A stretch of 64,000 bases of DNA from Waterburya sp. (GCA_965217895.1 CBDCJV010000002.1:3968001-4032000), one strand, 5' to 3'. Shown: positions 29,189 through 39,937, numbered from the stretch's first letter. Program-made: numbers and translations. The notes: generated by a model not told the origin, from the letters alone.

Positions 29189-29222
29189 AGCGATCGCCGT
29201 AAATTCAGGCGATCGCTTTTTT
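29189..29222 (+). terminator. Intrinsic terminator built from two HIP1 sites
   Basis: AGCGATCGCC-N9-GGCGATCGCT followed by a T run. Confidence 0.7.
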
Positions 29223-29234
29223 CTTTAGCTAAAT

Positions 29235-29330
29235 AAACCCCGTCTGTCAAACGAAAACCGTAGTTTTTGAATCGGAGATTGAGCTAGTCACAGATTACTC
29301 CGCCCTAAACGGACGAAGCCTGCTGTGACC
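29235..29330 (-). mobile_element. Miniature IS200/IS605-like remnant (two end-type hairpins, no ORF)
   Basis: Minus strand GTCACAG..CTTCGTCC-GTTTA-GGGCGGAG..CTGTGACTAGCTCA, then TCTCCG...CGGGGTTT. Confidence 0.45.
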
Positions 29331-29439
29331 GTTGGTCAAACAGCAGGATATAATTTCTACTTGCTACTTGCTACTTGCTACTTACGAACAGTCAACTTAA
29401 AAACTCCTGGTTTCAAACTGAATGTGGTTTATATCCAAT

Positions 29440-29997
29440 TTATTCAAATACTTTAGCTCCCTCAAGCACATTCGGCCACTTTTCATTTGCCGAGGAAATA
29501 TGTCCTGGAACGTCTTGCAGCCATTGCTTTTGTACGTCTTTACTGTAATTTAAATAAAGTTTATTATCAACAATTTTCCAAGCTTGGGGATCGATGGAGA
29601 CAACGTTACCTTCCGCTAAACCTTGGGCGCAATAGCCACCATATTGAGGAGCATAAGCTTCAGGATTTTTTTCAAACAATTCTTTGTTTTTCGCACTAGA
29701 AAATCTCCAGACTGCTCCTTGCCATTTGGATTCATATTGACTATCTCCTTGAACAGCTTTTCCCTCTGTGAAATAAGCGACAGGATCGGCACCTCTAATA
29801 GCTAAACCACTAGAAGATTCTGTATAAATTTTAGGTGCAGAATCCGCAGCAGCAGCGCAAGGATTGGCAGCACCAGAGCAGGGATTAACACTAGAACAGG
29901 GATTTGCACTTACTGAATTGAAACTTTGAGGAGTTCCCGCCAATCCCAAGGTAATAATTGATAGAGCAGCAATAGTGGCTAAATATTTAAATTTCAT
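29440..29997 (-). CDS. Secreted YHS-domain protein
   Basis: Signal peptide; GADPVAYF, WRFSS, YAPQYGGYCA, KLYLNY. Confidence 0.88.
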   Translation of the reverse strand: MKFKYLATIAALSIITLGLAGTPQSFNSVSANPCSSVNPCSGAANPCAAAADSAPKIYTESSSGLAIRGADPVAYFTEGKAVQGDSQYESKWQGAVWRFSSAKNKELFEKNPEAYAPQYGGYCAQGLAEGNVVSIDPQAWKIVDNKLYLNYSKDVQKQWLQDVPGHISSANEKWPNVLEGAKVFE

Positions 29998-30126
29998 AGG
30001 TACTAATTTTGACTAAAATATTGTTTGTTTGATGATTTAGACATTTACAATATTTTGAATATTTCGTAATTGTCTACTTGATATAGAAGTCTAAAAAAAT
30101 AAGCTTAAAACTACCTTAGAAAAACA

Positions 30127-31674
30127 TTAGGGTTTGCCGTAGCCTCCGCCACCTGGAGTTTCAATCACAAAAATGTCACCAGGCTGCATTTCTACCGTAG
30201 CTTTACTATCTAGTCTTTCCGTAGTTTTATTTTGTTGTATATAATTCTTACCAGCTTTTCCCGCTTCTCCCCCTGCCAAACCAAAGGGTAAAATACGACG
30301 GCGATTGGATAAAATTCCCGCTGTCATATTTTTGAGGAAACGTATTTTTCTGACAACACCGTTTCCACCACATTTAAAGCCTTGACCGCCACTATTTTGG
30401 CGAATGCTAAACTCTTCTAGCAATACAGGAAAACGTAATTCTAATACTTCAGGATCGGTCAGTCGAGAATTAGTCATCTGAGTTTGTACTGCATCAGTGC
30501 CATCAAAGTCTTGCCCCGCACCAGATCCACCACAGATAGTTTCATAGTACTGATACTGCTCATTGCCAAAGGTAAAGTTATTCATTGTGCCTTGAGAGGC
30601 TGCCATAATTCCCAACGCACCGTATAAACAGTCGGTAATGTTTTGAGAAGTCTCTACGTTTCCTGCTACTACTGCTGCGGGATATTGGGGGTTGAGCATA
30701 CAGCCTTCGGGAATGATAATTTTTAGTGGTTTAAGACAGCCAGCATTAAGAGGAATATTGTCTTTAACTAAAGTCCGAAAAACATAAAGAATAGCTGCCT
30801 GACATACAGCAGCAGGAGCATTAAAGTTGTTTTTTAGCTGACTAGAAGTACCTGTAAAGTCAATAGTTGCTGTTAAATTTTGATGATCTATAGTTATTTT
30901 GACTTGAATTTTGGCATCATTGTCCATTTCGCAGCTAAACTCGCCATTTTGAAGAAGAGCGATCGCTTTTTTAACCGCTGCTTCAGCATTGTTTTGTACA
31001 AACTGCATATATGCCTGTACGGTTTCTAGTCCGTATTGCTCAACCATCTTTAATAATTCTGTCTGACCGCGATTATTAGCTGCAATCTGCGCCTGGAAAT
31101 CAGCTATATTTTGGTCAGGGTTACGGGCAGGGTATTTATGATGCGCTAATTTTTGCCTGATAGTATTTTCTTTAAAGCTTCCAGCCTCAACCAGCAAAAA
31201 GTTATTAAGCAGTATTCCTTCTTCTTCAATATGTTGGCTTTGGGGGGGCATTGAACCTGGAGTTATGCCGCCAATGTCTGCCTGATGTCCACGAGAGGCT
31301 ACATAAAATATTGGTTTTACTCGATCTTGGTTGCCAAAAACAGGCGTAATTATAGTTACGTCGGGCAAATGTGTCCCACCGTTATAAGGATTGTTTGATA
31401 AATAAACATTGCCTGGTTTTATTTCAGCTTCTAATTCGTTAATCAAGCTGCTCACGCTAGCACTCATTGAGCCAAGATGTACGGGAATGTGGGGCGCATT
31501 AGCCACTAATAAGCCATAGCTATCAAAAATTGCACAAGAAAAGTCTAATCGCTCTTTTATGTTTACTGAAGCTGCGGTATTTTGCAGCACGATACCCATT
31601 TGTTCGGCAATAAACTGATAGAGATTTTTAAAGATTTCTAAACGAACAGGATCTGGTCGATCGATGGTACTCAT
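30127..31674 (-). CDS. Hydantoinase B / 5-oxoprolinase C-terminal subunit
   Basis: SVNIKERLDFSCA, HIPVHLGSM, GGTHLPD, ETPGGGGYG. Confidence 0.92.
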   Translation of the reverse strand: MSTIDRPDPVRLEIFKNLYQFIAEQMGIVLQNTAASVNIKERLDFSCAIFDSYGLLVANAPHIPVHLGSMSASVSSLINELEAEIKPGNVYLSNNPYNGGTHLPDVTIITPVFGNQDRVKPIFYVASRGHQADIGGITPGSMPPQSQHIEEEGILLNNFLLVEAGSFKENTIRQKLAHHKYPARNPDQNIADFQAQIAANNRGQTELLKMVEQYGLETVQAYMQFVQNNAEAAVKKAIALLQNGEFSCEMDNDAKIQVKITIDHQNLTATIDFTGTSSQLKNNFNAPAAVCQAAILYVFRTLVKDNIPLNAGCLKPLKIIIPEGCMLNPQYPAAVVAGNVETSQNITDCLYGALGIMAASQGTMNNFTFGNEQYQYYETICGGSGAGQDFDGTDAVQTQMTNSRLTDPEVLELRFPVLLEEFSIRQNSGGQGFKCGGNGVVRKIRFLKNMTAGILSNRRRILPFGLAGGEAGKAGKNYIQQNKTTERLDSKATVEMQPGDIFVIETPGGGGYGKP

Positions 31675-31882
31675 AAATTATTTAGCAATTAGCTTGCAGC
31701 ATTTTTATTCTAATTTCATTTAAGCTGGCTAATTTCAAATAAAATTACACATTCATCAAGGCCTACTTTTTCTCTATCCCGTTTAGAGCCGATTCGATAA
31801 TTCTTCAGCATATTGAAAACCAATTAAAAAAGCGCAAGGGACGCTGTGCAGAAAGCTTTTCCAATCGCCTTCTATGTCTTTT

Positions 31883-33073
31883 TTAGACTACATCAGGCAA
31901 TTGAGACACAATGTGTTTGCCAATTTCAATAGAAGCAGTAGCAGCAGGTGAGGGCGCATTACAGACGTGCATGGCTTTGTTACGATTGAGAATTAAAAAA
32001 TCATCAACCATTTTTCCATCGCTTTTTAAAGCTTGCGCTCTGACTCCTGCGGGAGTTGGTACAACGTCTTGAGCCTGGACTTCGGGAATTAATCTTTGTA
32101 GGCTACGGACAAAAATAGCCTTACTATAAGAGCGAATCATCTCTTCAATCCCTTCTTTAGAATACTTGGCTACCAGTTTCCAAAAGCCTGGATAGGTCAT
32201 GGTGTCCATAAAATCCATGAGATCGAAGTCAAATTTACGATAGGCTTCTCGTTTAAATCCCAATACTGCATTAGGGCCGGCATGAACGCTGCCGTCAATA
32301 CCAGGGGTAAAATGCACGCCTAAAAAAGGAAAATTAGGATTAGGAACAGGATAAATAGCTCCATTGACTAAATAGCGTTTTTCAGGGGTCAACTCATAGT
32401 ATTCTCCCCGAAAAGGAACGATTTTGGCTGGTGGCTGTTCATTAGCAAGTTTGGTAAGGCGATCGCTATATAATCCAGCACAGTTAATGATAAACTCAGT
32501 TTGATATTCCCCGTTGTTAGTTTCTAATACATGACCCTCAGCAGTGGATTTAATGCCTTGAACACGAGTATTGTTGTGTAGCTCTACACCATGTTCTTGG
32601 GCAAGATCGGCGTATTTTTGACATACTTGCTTATAATCAACAATTCCCGTAGATTTGACCCTAATTCCTGCTAAACAATTTACGTGAGGCTCAATTTCTT
32701 TTACTTGCTCTTGAGTAACTTTAGCAACCTCAAGTTCATTAGCCAAACCTCTTTGATAAAGATCATCTAACAATGGTAGTTCATGAGGCTCGGTTGCGAC
32801 TATAACCTTACCGCATATTTGATAGTTGATATCATGTTTATCGCAAAAATTCACCATTGAACGATTGCCTTGACGACAAAGCTTGGCTTTAAAACTACCT
32901 GGTTTGTAGTAGATACCAGAATGGATTACCCCGCTATTGTGTCCTGTTTGATGAGCAGCCCAAGATGCTTCTTTTTCTAATAAAGCAATTTTGGCGTTAG
33001 GAAATTTTTGACTAAGAGCCATTGCCGTAGACAAGCCAACAATACCACCACCAACAATAATGTAGTTATACAT
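31883..33073 (-). CDS. lhgO: L-2-hydroxyglutarate oxidase family FAD protein
   Basis: GGGIVG, HQTGHNSGVIHSGIYY, PFRGEYY, NAPSPAATAS. Confidence 0.88.
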   Translation of the reverse strand: MYNYIIVGGGIVGLSTAMALSQKFPNAKIALLEKEASWAAHQTGHNSGVIHSGIYYKPGSFKAKLCRQGNRSMVNFCDKHDINYQICGKVIVATEPHELPLLDDLYQRGLANELEVAKVTQEQVKEIEPHVNCLAGIRVKSTGIVDYKQVCQKYADLAQEHGVELHNNTRVQGIKSTAEGHVLETNNGEYQTEFIINCAGLYSDRLTKLANEQPPAKIVPFRGEYYELTPEKRYLVNGAIYPVPNPNFPFLGVHFTPGIDGSVHAGPNAVLGFKREAYRKFDFDLMDFMDTMTYPGFWKLVAKYSKEGIEEMIRSYSKAIFVRSLQRLIPEVQAQDVVPTPAGVRAQALKSDGKMVDDFLILNRNKAMHVCNAPSPAATASIEIGKHIVSQLPDVV

Positions 33074-33195
33074 AATATATACTCAATTTATAAAAGCCTT
33101 ATATCTCAAAATAAAAATAATAAAGGAGGCGAATATTTTCGCCCCCCTAATTCAAAGGCAACAAAAAGCCAATGATAAATGCTAAATGCTAAATG

Positions 33196-34422
33196 CTAAA
33201 GTGCTACAACCTCTGTTGATACACCCATATCTTTGAGCATTTTGCTAATTTCATCTGTGTAGATAGCATTCATTACAATTACCTTATCTGGTTGGTAAGT
33301 TTTAAGAAACTCGGGAGACATAATTTCCTTGCCTACCCCAGGAATATATTTGCCGTGACGGTGGGGGTTAATATCAACAGCATATTCAATTTTGTCAATG
33401 GTTTTTAGGGTAGTCAAAAACGCCACGCATTTAGAACCAGAACCCCACACTACGACTTTTTCGCCCTTCGCTTGAGCATCATCAAGAAACTTTTTCCAGT
33501 AATTTAACTTATCTGTAATTTTCTTAGTAAATAGCTGCACGTCTTGAGCAACGTCTGCTACAGTTTCTTCAAAAGGATGTATTTTCTCAGAGGGAATGGC
33601 TACAGGCTTGGCTTCAATTAAAAGATACTGATCGCCATAGTCGCAGTATAGATCGGTTACTTCAAAACCACTATCGCGGAATAGACGAGCTAGGGTTCCA
33701 GGGCTAAAGTAGGAACAATGTTCGTAATAAATATCTTCAAAAGCCTGCTCTTTCAAGACTCTAGTATTATCAGGAATTTCAAACACCACTACGGTATCGC
33801 GATCGCCAATAGACTTACGGACAGTTTTAATAAACTCAGAAGTTGGTTGAATATGTTCTAAAGTATGACGACAACAGATAAAATCGCCTACATACTCAGA
33901 GTGTTTTTCAGAATAGTAATCTTGAATAAAGGTAACGCGATTTGCTGCTTCACTGTTTACTCTTCCAGGAACAACGCTAGGATCTATACCTACGCCACGA
34001 TTATTGCCTAGTTCGCATAGCAATAACAGAAAATCACCCTTGCTACAGCCAATTTCAATAATATCTTTGTTATGCAGATCGTATTTGTCAATTAGGTGAT
34101 TTGCAAGCTTAAGGGAAAACTTATTAAAAGTAGGAGAATAGCTTTGCTGATCTTCGTAGTTAGGTGCATAAGCCGACCATTTGGCATCAAATACTGTATT
34201 AGTAATAAAGCCACAGCGATCGCAAAAACCCAAAACAACATCACCGCAAGGAAAATCCTGAGCCTCTTCTTGGCTAGATATCATTAAGCAACTATGTACA
34301 GGAACTTGGCGAACCTCGTAAAAAACTGACAGTTCGTGATGTCCACAGTTAGGACAAGAATGCTTTATTTTCTTATGGTCTGGCTTTGACTGCATATCAG
34401 TAGAACTCAAATCTTGTAACAT
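33196..34422 (-). CDS. NDP-hexose C-methyltransferase-like (zinc finger plus SAM domain), copy 2
   Basis: CPNC...CDRC, IEIGCSKG, HTLEH, IYYEHCSYF, WGSGSK. Confidence 0.85.
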   Translation of the reverse strand: MLQDLSSTDMQSKPDHKKIKHSCPNCGHHELSVFYEVRQVPVHSCLMISSQEEAQDFPCGDVVLGFCDRCGFITNTVFDAKWSAYAPNYEDQQSYSPTFNKFSLKLANHLIDKYDLHNKDIIEIGCSKGDFLLLLCELGNNRGVGIDPSVVPGRVNSEAANRVTFIQDYYSEKHSEYVGDFICCRHTLEHIQPTSEFIKTVRKSIGDRDTVVVFEIPDNTRVLKEQAFEDIYYEHCSYFSPGTLARLFRDSGFEVTDLYCDYGDQYLLIEAKPVAIPSEKIHPFEETVADVAQDVQLFTKKITDKLNYWKKFLDDAQAKGEKVVVWGSGSKCVAFLTTLKTIDKIEYAVDINPHRHGKYIPGVGKEIMSPEFLKTYQPDKVIVMNAIYTDEISKMLKDMGVSTEVVAL

Positions 34423-34569
34423 TATTAAATACTCCTATAAAAATTTATTTGACTAAGATCAATTCTTTAGTAATAACTTAATTCTCTCCACTTCGCCAAT
34501 AGCAGTAGAGAGAACTTTAGATTTACTAACTCGAAAATCCAGTTAGTTTAACTGTATGCTGTGTAAAGA

Positions 34570-35799
34570 CTAGACAATTTTGGGGTCAGGAATAGGAACA
34601 ATAAATTGTCCTCCAGATGCTCGATATTCCTGCTGTTGCTCCATAATTTCTTTAGCAAAGTTCCAAGCTAAAATTAGCACATAGTCTGGTTTGTCTTCTA
34701 ACAGCTTGCTAGGATGAAAAATAGGCAAATGATTAATACTCATAAAGCGACCTTGTTTAAATTCATTTAGATCGACTATGTAGTCTAGAAGAGTTTTATC
34801 TATGCCTAAATAACTCAGCATAGTTGTAGCTTTAGCAGCAGCACCATAGCCCACAACTCTTTTGCCTTGTTTTTTCAAATCCCATAAGATATCCATCAAA
34901 GCAGATTTGAAAGCAGCCACGTTATTAGCAAAATCTTGATAGTAGCTGAAATTATCCACCTGAGATTCTTGCTCTTCTTTTAATAAAAACTTAACTGAAT
35001 CTTGTACTGCTTCAGTTTTCTCTATGTACAAACGCAAAGAACCACCGTGTATTTTTGTGCGCTCAACATGGTTTAGATATAAAGAATGTTTTCTAAATAA
35101 TTTGTCTAAAGCCGTGACAGAGAAATAACATAGATGTTGATGATAGATAGTATCAAATTCACGGTGTTGTACTAAATCAACTAAATAAGGTGCTTCAATC
35201 ACTGCTACCCCCGTATCTTTCAAAAGAATGGAAAAGCCAGCCACAAAGCCATTTAAATCTGGTACGTGAGCCAAAACATTATTTGCCAAAAATACATCGG
35301 CTTGTTTTCCTTCGCCTTTCAATTTTTGCGCTAGCTCTTTACCAAAAAAAGTACATATAGAATAAATTCCCGCATTGTTGGCAGTTTCTACTTGTCCAGA
35401 AGCAGGATCTATTCCCAAAACAGGAATTTGATGTTCTACAAAGTTTTTCAGCATATAGCCATCATTGCTAGCTGCTTCAATCACAAAACTATTATTATCC
35501 AGATTCCTAGTTTTAATTAAATTTTTAGCACTATCCCCAAAGTGCTTTAATAAAGATGGTGAGACAGAAGAAAAATAAGGATAGTCCCGACAAAATAGTA
35601 TTTCTGGAGGAACTATTTCCGTAATTTGTACTAAACTACAGTCAGGGCAAAAAGCTAAATCTAATGGAGCAGTATATTCTGGAGAAGCTAACTGTTCTTT
35701 AGTTAAAAGGTTGTCAGCAAGAGGAGTATAACCGAAAGAGATAATTGACTTTAAGTCAGAATTACCGCATGAAAGACAGCTTGGCGCAGAAGCATTCAT
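34570..35799 (-). CDS. NDP-hexose C3-methyltransferase-like, copy 1
   Basis: CLSC...[38 protein letters not shown]. Confidence 0.9.
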   Translation of the reverse strand: MNASAPSCLSCGNSDLKSIISFGYTPLADNLLTKEQLASPEYTAPLDLAFCPDCSLVQITEIVPPEILFCRDYPYFSSVSPSLLKHFGDSAKNLIKTRNLDNNSFVIEAASNDGYMLKNFVEHQIPVLGIDPASGQVETANNAGIYSICTFFGKELAQKLKGEGKQADVFLANNVLAHVPDLNGFVAGFSILLKDTGVAVIEAPYLVDLVQHREFDTIYHQHLCYFSVTALDKLFRKHSLYLNHVERTKIHGGSLRLYIEKTEAVQDSVKFLLKEEQESQVDNFSYYQDFANNVAAFKSALMDILWDLKKQGKRVVGYGAAAKATTMLSYLGIDKTLLDYIVDLNEFKQGRFMSINHLPIFHPSKLLEDKPDYVLILAWNFAKEIMEQQQEYRASGGQFIVPIPDPKIV

Positions 35800-35951
35800 A
35801 ATATTGCTTATATTGTATTTAATTTACATTGTTGGCTCTACTAGTCGAGGCAACCATAAAATGATTGCCCCAATTTTTTCCTATTTAAACATTTTGAAAT
35901 CAACTTCGCCTTATATTTATGTATATGTCAAGCAAAGTTTTTTCATGCAGG

Positions 35952-36998
35952 TTATTCAATAGTTGCTAGCTGCTCTTTTTGCCAACGTAATTCGCCGTTT
36001 AGCAATTCATTGCTGATTAAATACTTAATATGAGCAATTCTTTGGTACTTAGAACCTTCAAATTCCTCTAAAGTCAAGCCAACTTTCTGGTATATTTCGT
36101 ATAGCTCTACTGCTCCTTTTTGGGCATCCCATTGAGGCTCAAAATTAGGCAAGACTTTGGTTATTTTGCTACAGTCAACTCGATAACAGCGTTTATCAGG
36201 ACCAGCATCAGGAGCATACTCGATGCGAGAATTTGGTACTGTGTCTATGACAATTTCAGCCAAATCCTTAATTTGATAATTATCTTCATTACGACCTACA
36301 TTAAATGCTTCATTATGAATTAGTTCTCTAGGTGCTTCTAATACAGCCAGAAAAGCTCTGGAAATGTCTTCAATATGAACAATAGGTCGCCAAGGAGTGC
36401 CGTCACTTTTGATATAGACCAACCCTTTGGTAAATGCCCAAGCAACTAGATTATTAAGTACTAGATCAAATCTCAATCTAGGTGATACCCCGTAGGCAGT
36501 AGCATTACGTAAAAAAGTAGGACTAAAATTGTCGTCAGCCAATTGGCTAACATCTTGCTCTACTTTTACTTTAGAAACTCCATAAGGGGTAACAGGGTTA
36601 AAGGCGGACTCTTCATTAAGCCAGTCATCTCCCCCTGCACCATAGTTGCTACAGGATGAAGAAAAGATGAAGCGACTAACTCCAGCTTGCTTTGCTAACT
36701 TGGCGAGCTTCACAGAAGCTGAATAATTAATTTCCTCTGTCAATTTAGGATTGAGATTCCCTAAAGGATCATTGGAAAGACCAGCTAAGTGTAAAACCGC
36801 TTCAAATCCCTCCAAGTCCTCAGGTTTTACGTCCCGAACATCCTTTTTAATTTCAGGGATCTCGACGATCCCTTTACCAAATGTACTTCTGGCATATAAA
36901 TCAGTATCTAAACCGACGACATCATACCCTTTGCTTAGCAACATTGGAATCATTAACGTTCCGATGTAACCCTTGTGACCAGTCACCAGTATTTTCAT
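35952..36998 (-). CDS. NAD-dependent NDP-sugar epimerase/dehydratase/reductase
   Basis: MKILVTGHKGYIG (ATG 36998, GGAGG upstream), HLAGLSNDP, YGVSK. Confidence 0.9.
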   Translation of the reverse strand: MKILVTGHKGYIGTLMIPMLLSKGYDVVGLDTDLYARSTFGKGIVEIPEIKKDVRDVKPEDLEGFEAVLHLAGLSNDPLGNLNPKLTEEINYSASVKLAKLAKQAGVSRFIFSSSCSNYGAGGDDWLNEESAFNPVTPYGVSKVKVEQDVSQLADDNFSPTFLRNATAYGVSPRLRFDLVLNNLVAWAFTKGLVYIKSDGTPWRPIVHIEDISRAFLAVLEAPRELIHNEAFNVGRNEDNYQIKDLAEIVIDTVPNSRIEYAPDAGPDKRCYRVDCSKITKVLPNFEPQWDAQKGAVELYEIYQKVGLTLEEFEGSKYQRIAHIKYLISNELLNGELRWQKEQLATIE

Positions 36999-37776
36999 AT
37001 GTTTGATCCTCCCATGTTTTCCACGGCGCGTTTCCACTAGCCCATAGAGTTTCTAAACGATGTTTGTCTCTTAAGGTGTCCATACACTGCCAGAAACCAT
37101 CGTGCTTGTATGCCATCAACTGACCATCCCTAGCAAGCCTTTCTAGAGGCTCTTTTTCCCATTGAGTTTCGTCACCATCTATATAGTCAAAGATCTCAGG
37201 TTCTAAAACAAAGAAAGCACCATTGATCCAACCTTCTTTGGTTTGGGGTTTTTCTGAAAATTCAGAAATTTGATTCCCCTTCAAATCTAAGTGACCAAAA
37301 CGGGCAGGGGGTCGAACAGCAGTGAGAGTAGCTAGTTTGCCGTGAGAACGGTGAAAAGCTAAAAGCTCGTGCAGGTCGATGTTAGAAACTCCATCACCCC
37401 AAGTTAACATGAATGTTTCTCGACCGACATAGGGAGCAAGACGTTTAATACGTCCTCCTGTATTGGTTGTAAGCCCAGTATCAATAAGATCTACGTTCCA
37501 ATCAAGTCTAGAACCACCGTGAGGCTTTACTTCTCCATTACGGAAACCGACAGTCAGATTACTATTTAAAGCGCAGTAATCTACCATATATTTTTTGATA
37601 ACTGCACCTTTATACCCTAGAGCAACAGCAAAGTCTTTAAAACCATACTGATGGTAGTGCATCATGATATGCCACAAAATAGGCTGTCCACCAATTTCGA
37701 CCATTGGCTTGGGTTTATTTTCGGTTTCTTCTGAAATTCGAGTTCCTAATCCACCAGCAAGAAAGGCTACCTTCAT
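36922..37776 (-). CDS. rfbF: Glucose-1-phosphate cytidylyltransferase
   Basis: LAGGLGTRISEET..KPKPMVEIG, TGGRIKR, GFWQCMDTLRDK, APWK. Confidence 0.95.
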   Translation of the reverse strand: MKVAFLAGGLGTRISEETENKPKPMVEIGGQPILWHIMMHYHQYGFKDFAVALGYKGAVIKKYMVDYCALNSNLTVGFRNGEVKPHGGSRLDWNVDLIDTGLTTNTGGRIKRLAPYVGRETFMLTWGDGVSNIDLHELLAFHRSHGKLATLTAVRPPARFGHLDLKGNQISEFSEKPQTKEGWINGAFFVLEPEIFDYIDGDETQWEKEPLERLARDGQLMAYKHDGFWQCMDTLRDKHRLETLWASGNAPWKTWEDQTYENTGDWSQGLHRNVNDSNVAKQRV

Positions 37777-38041
37777 AATTTTTCTCCACTTTGAGCGTAT
37801 AGAGGTTTATATAAAATTGAGCAATCTGTAATTTTATTAATAAGCTAATATAAGTTTTTACTATTGTGTAAAAATTAGCTTTTAATTACTTTCATTGTAA
37901 ATATACAGTAGAAACTTTGGTTTGAAGATTCAGTAAAGTTATTTTTGGCAAACCGCTTTAAATAAATTTTATTTGTCAAAAATAACACATTGTTATTCCT
38001 GAAGCCTTGATAAACATAAAGTTGATATCTTGATGAAAACT

Positions 38042-38818
38042 TTAAAAAGCTGATAAAGGATTGAGCCAAATAACTAATTCCTGCTGCAAGTTTTGTAAAT
38101 TTCGCGACATTTCCTGACTAAACCACTGTCCGATCGCATCTACGGGAGTAAAAAAACTGCTTGATTGCCATCTAACTCTTTGATTGAGAGGGGTTAAATG
38201 ATTTCCAGTCATGGTCTTCATAGTTATCATATCAGGAAAACGATCGCTTAAAACAGAATTTAAATTAATTGTCTGATCGAGGTTATCTCGATCAAACTTC
38301 AGCAGCAAATTACGACGAATACAATAATTTTCAGCAATTAATTTGGTTGTTTCCACAGGAGAAGGGGTAAATTCTACCTCCAGCATGGGAGCAAGATTAA
38401 GCTGTTCCATAAAAGGAATTGCTTTGTTAACGGGATAATTATTAAACGAAATTAGAATATTACCTGCTCTCTGGACATCATATATGCTGCCAATCAGCAA
38501 ATGTAGTTTGCAGCCCATACTGTGTCCTACACCGTATATTGGTAAATAGCTTTTACCCAACTTGTTATTCTTTTGCAGTCTTTCTAAGACTGTTTCAAAA
38601 CGATTCAAAACATCGCGGGCGATCGCAAAATGATCTAGAGTATTTAGAAAAGGAGTGGCAATAATTCCATATCCTGCTTTGCCTAGCTGCTCTAGTATTG
38701 AGCGATATGATATTTGGGGTGCTGTAGCTACAAATGCGCCACCTAAAAAATGCACAATTCCTATAATCTCTCGATTAGGAAGATATACCCAGTTTCCTGA
38801 AATTTCTTGCCATTCCAT
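38042..38818 (-). CDS. DUF1350 alpha/beta-hydrolase-like protein
   Basis: HFLGGAFVA, GVGHSMGCKLHLL, GNHLTP. Confidence 0.85.
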   Translation of the reverse strand: MEWQEISGNWVYLPNREIIGIVHFLGGAFVATAPQISYRSILEQLGKAGYGIIATPFLNTLDHFAIARDVLNRFETVLERLQKNNKLGKSYLPIYGVGHSMGCKLHLLIGSIYDVQRAGNILISFNNYPVNKAIPFMEQLNLAPMLEVEFTPSPVETTKLIAENYCIRRNLLLKFDRDNLDQTINLNSVLSDRFPDMITMKTMTGNHLTPLNQRVRWQSSSFFTPVDAIGQWFSQEMSRNLQNLQQELVIWLNPLSAF

Positions 38819-39001
38819 GATTTTTGTACTTGATTAATAACTCTTGCTTAGTCTCTAGCGATCGCCAGATATAAATTATCAGGAAGAAAACACTTAGTAA
38901 TATTAAGTTTAGCTAAACGATTAAATCAAACTGCTCTAGCAATTGTAACGGGCTTAATTGCTAGAAAAATTACATTTCTAACATTTCTAACAATTCAACA
39001 A

Positions 39002-39937
39002 TTAAAAATCCAAATCGCAAAATTCTGGTTTTAGATCCCGTTCCATCAGTGCTTGAATCGCTTCTTCGGGGGTTATTTTAGCCCGTAAGAGTCGATGTAC
39101 CTGTCGGGCAATGGGGACGGCGATTGTTTCTAAGTCGGCTATTTTAACCAGTACATTTGCTGTATTTACCCCTTCTGCCGTGCCTTCTAAATCTGCCAAA
39201 ATTTGCTCTAAAGGCTTGCCGTGAGCAAGCCCATAGCCTACTTGGTAGTTTCGGGATAATGAACTATCACAGGTAGCCATCAAATCTCCCAAACCAGATA
39301 AACCAAAAAAGGTTTCTGCCGATGCGCCCAAATGGATACCAATACGGATCATTTCAGGCAAGGCGCGAGTAAGTAAAGCTGCTTTAGCGTTTGTGCCTAA
39401 CTCCATGCCATCACAGACTCCAGAAGCGATCGCAATTACATTTTTTAACGTCCCTCCTAATTCTGTGCCGATAGGATCTTCATTCACATAAACCCTAAAG
39501 GTATCTGAAGCATAAATCTCTTGTACTCTCTCGGCAGCAGCTAAATCATTGCTGGCTACCACCGTGGCAGCAGGTAAACCCTTGGCTATTTCCTTAGAAA
39601 GATTAGGGCCAGACAATACTACTACAGAATGATTGGGAAAAGCTGCTTGCCAAATTTGGGAGGGGGTACGGGTAGTTTCAGGGTCTAATCCCTTGGTAGC
39701 GGTAACGATAATTTTATCTTTAGGCAGGTTGAGCGATTGCAACTTGCCAATAGTGGGAATAACTCCCTTCATAGAAACCGCAGAAACAATAATAGCTGCA
39801 TCTTTAACTACAGATTCTAGGGTCACATCACCACGATGCGACCAAAAACGGACATCATGGCTATTACTTTCGGCGATCGCACCCAAAGCTGAACCCCATA
39901 CCCCTGTGCCTAAAATGGCGACAATATTAGATGACAT
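39002..39937 (-). CDS. gpsA: NAD(P)H-dependent glycerol-3-phosphate dehydrogenase
   Basis: LSGPNLSKE, GGTLKNVIA, GLSGLGDL, SRNY, AEGV. Confidence 0.95.
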   Translation of the reverse strand: MSSNIVAILGTGVWGSALGAIAESNSHDVRFWSHRGDVTLESVVKDAAIIVSAVSMKGVIPTIGKLQSLNLPKDKIIVTATKGLDPETTRTPSQIWQAAFPNHSVVVLSGPNLSKEIAKGLPAATVVASNDLAAAERVQEIYASDTFRVYVNEDPIGTELGGTLKNVIAIASGVCDGMELGTNAKAALLTRALPEMIRIGIHLGASAETFFGLSGLGDLMATCDSSLSRNYQVGYGLAHGKPLEQILADLEGTAEGVNTANVLVKIADLETIAVPIARQVHRLLRAKITPEEAIQALMERDLKPEFCDLDF

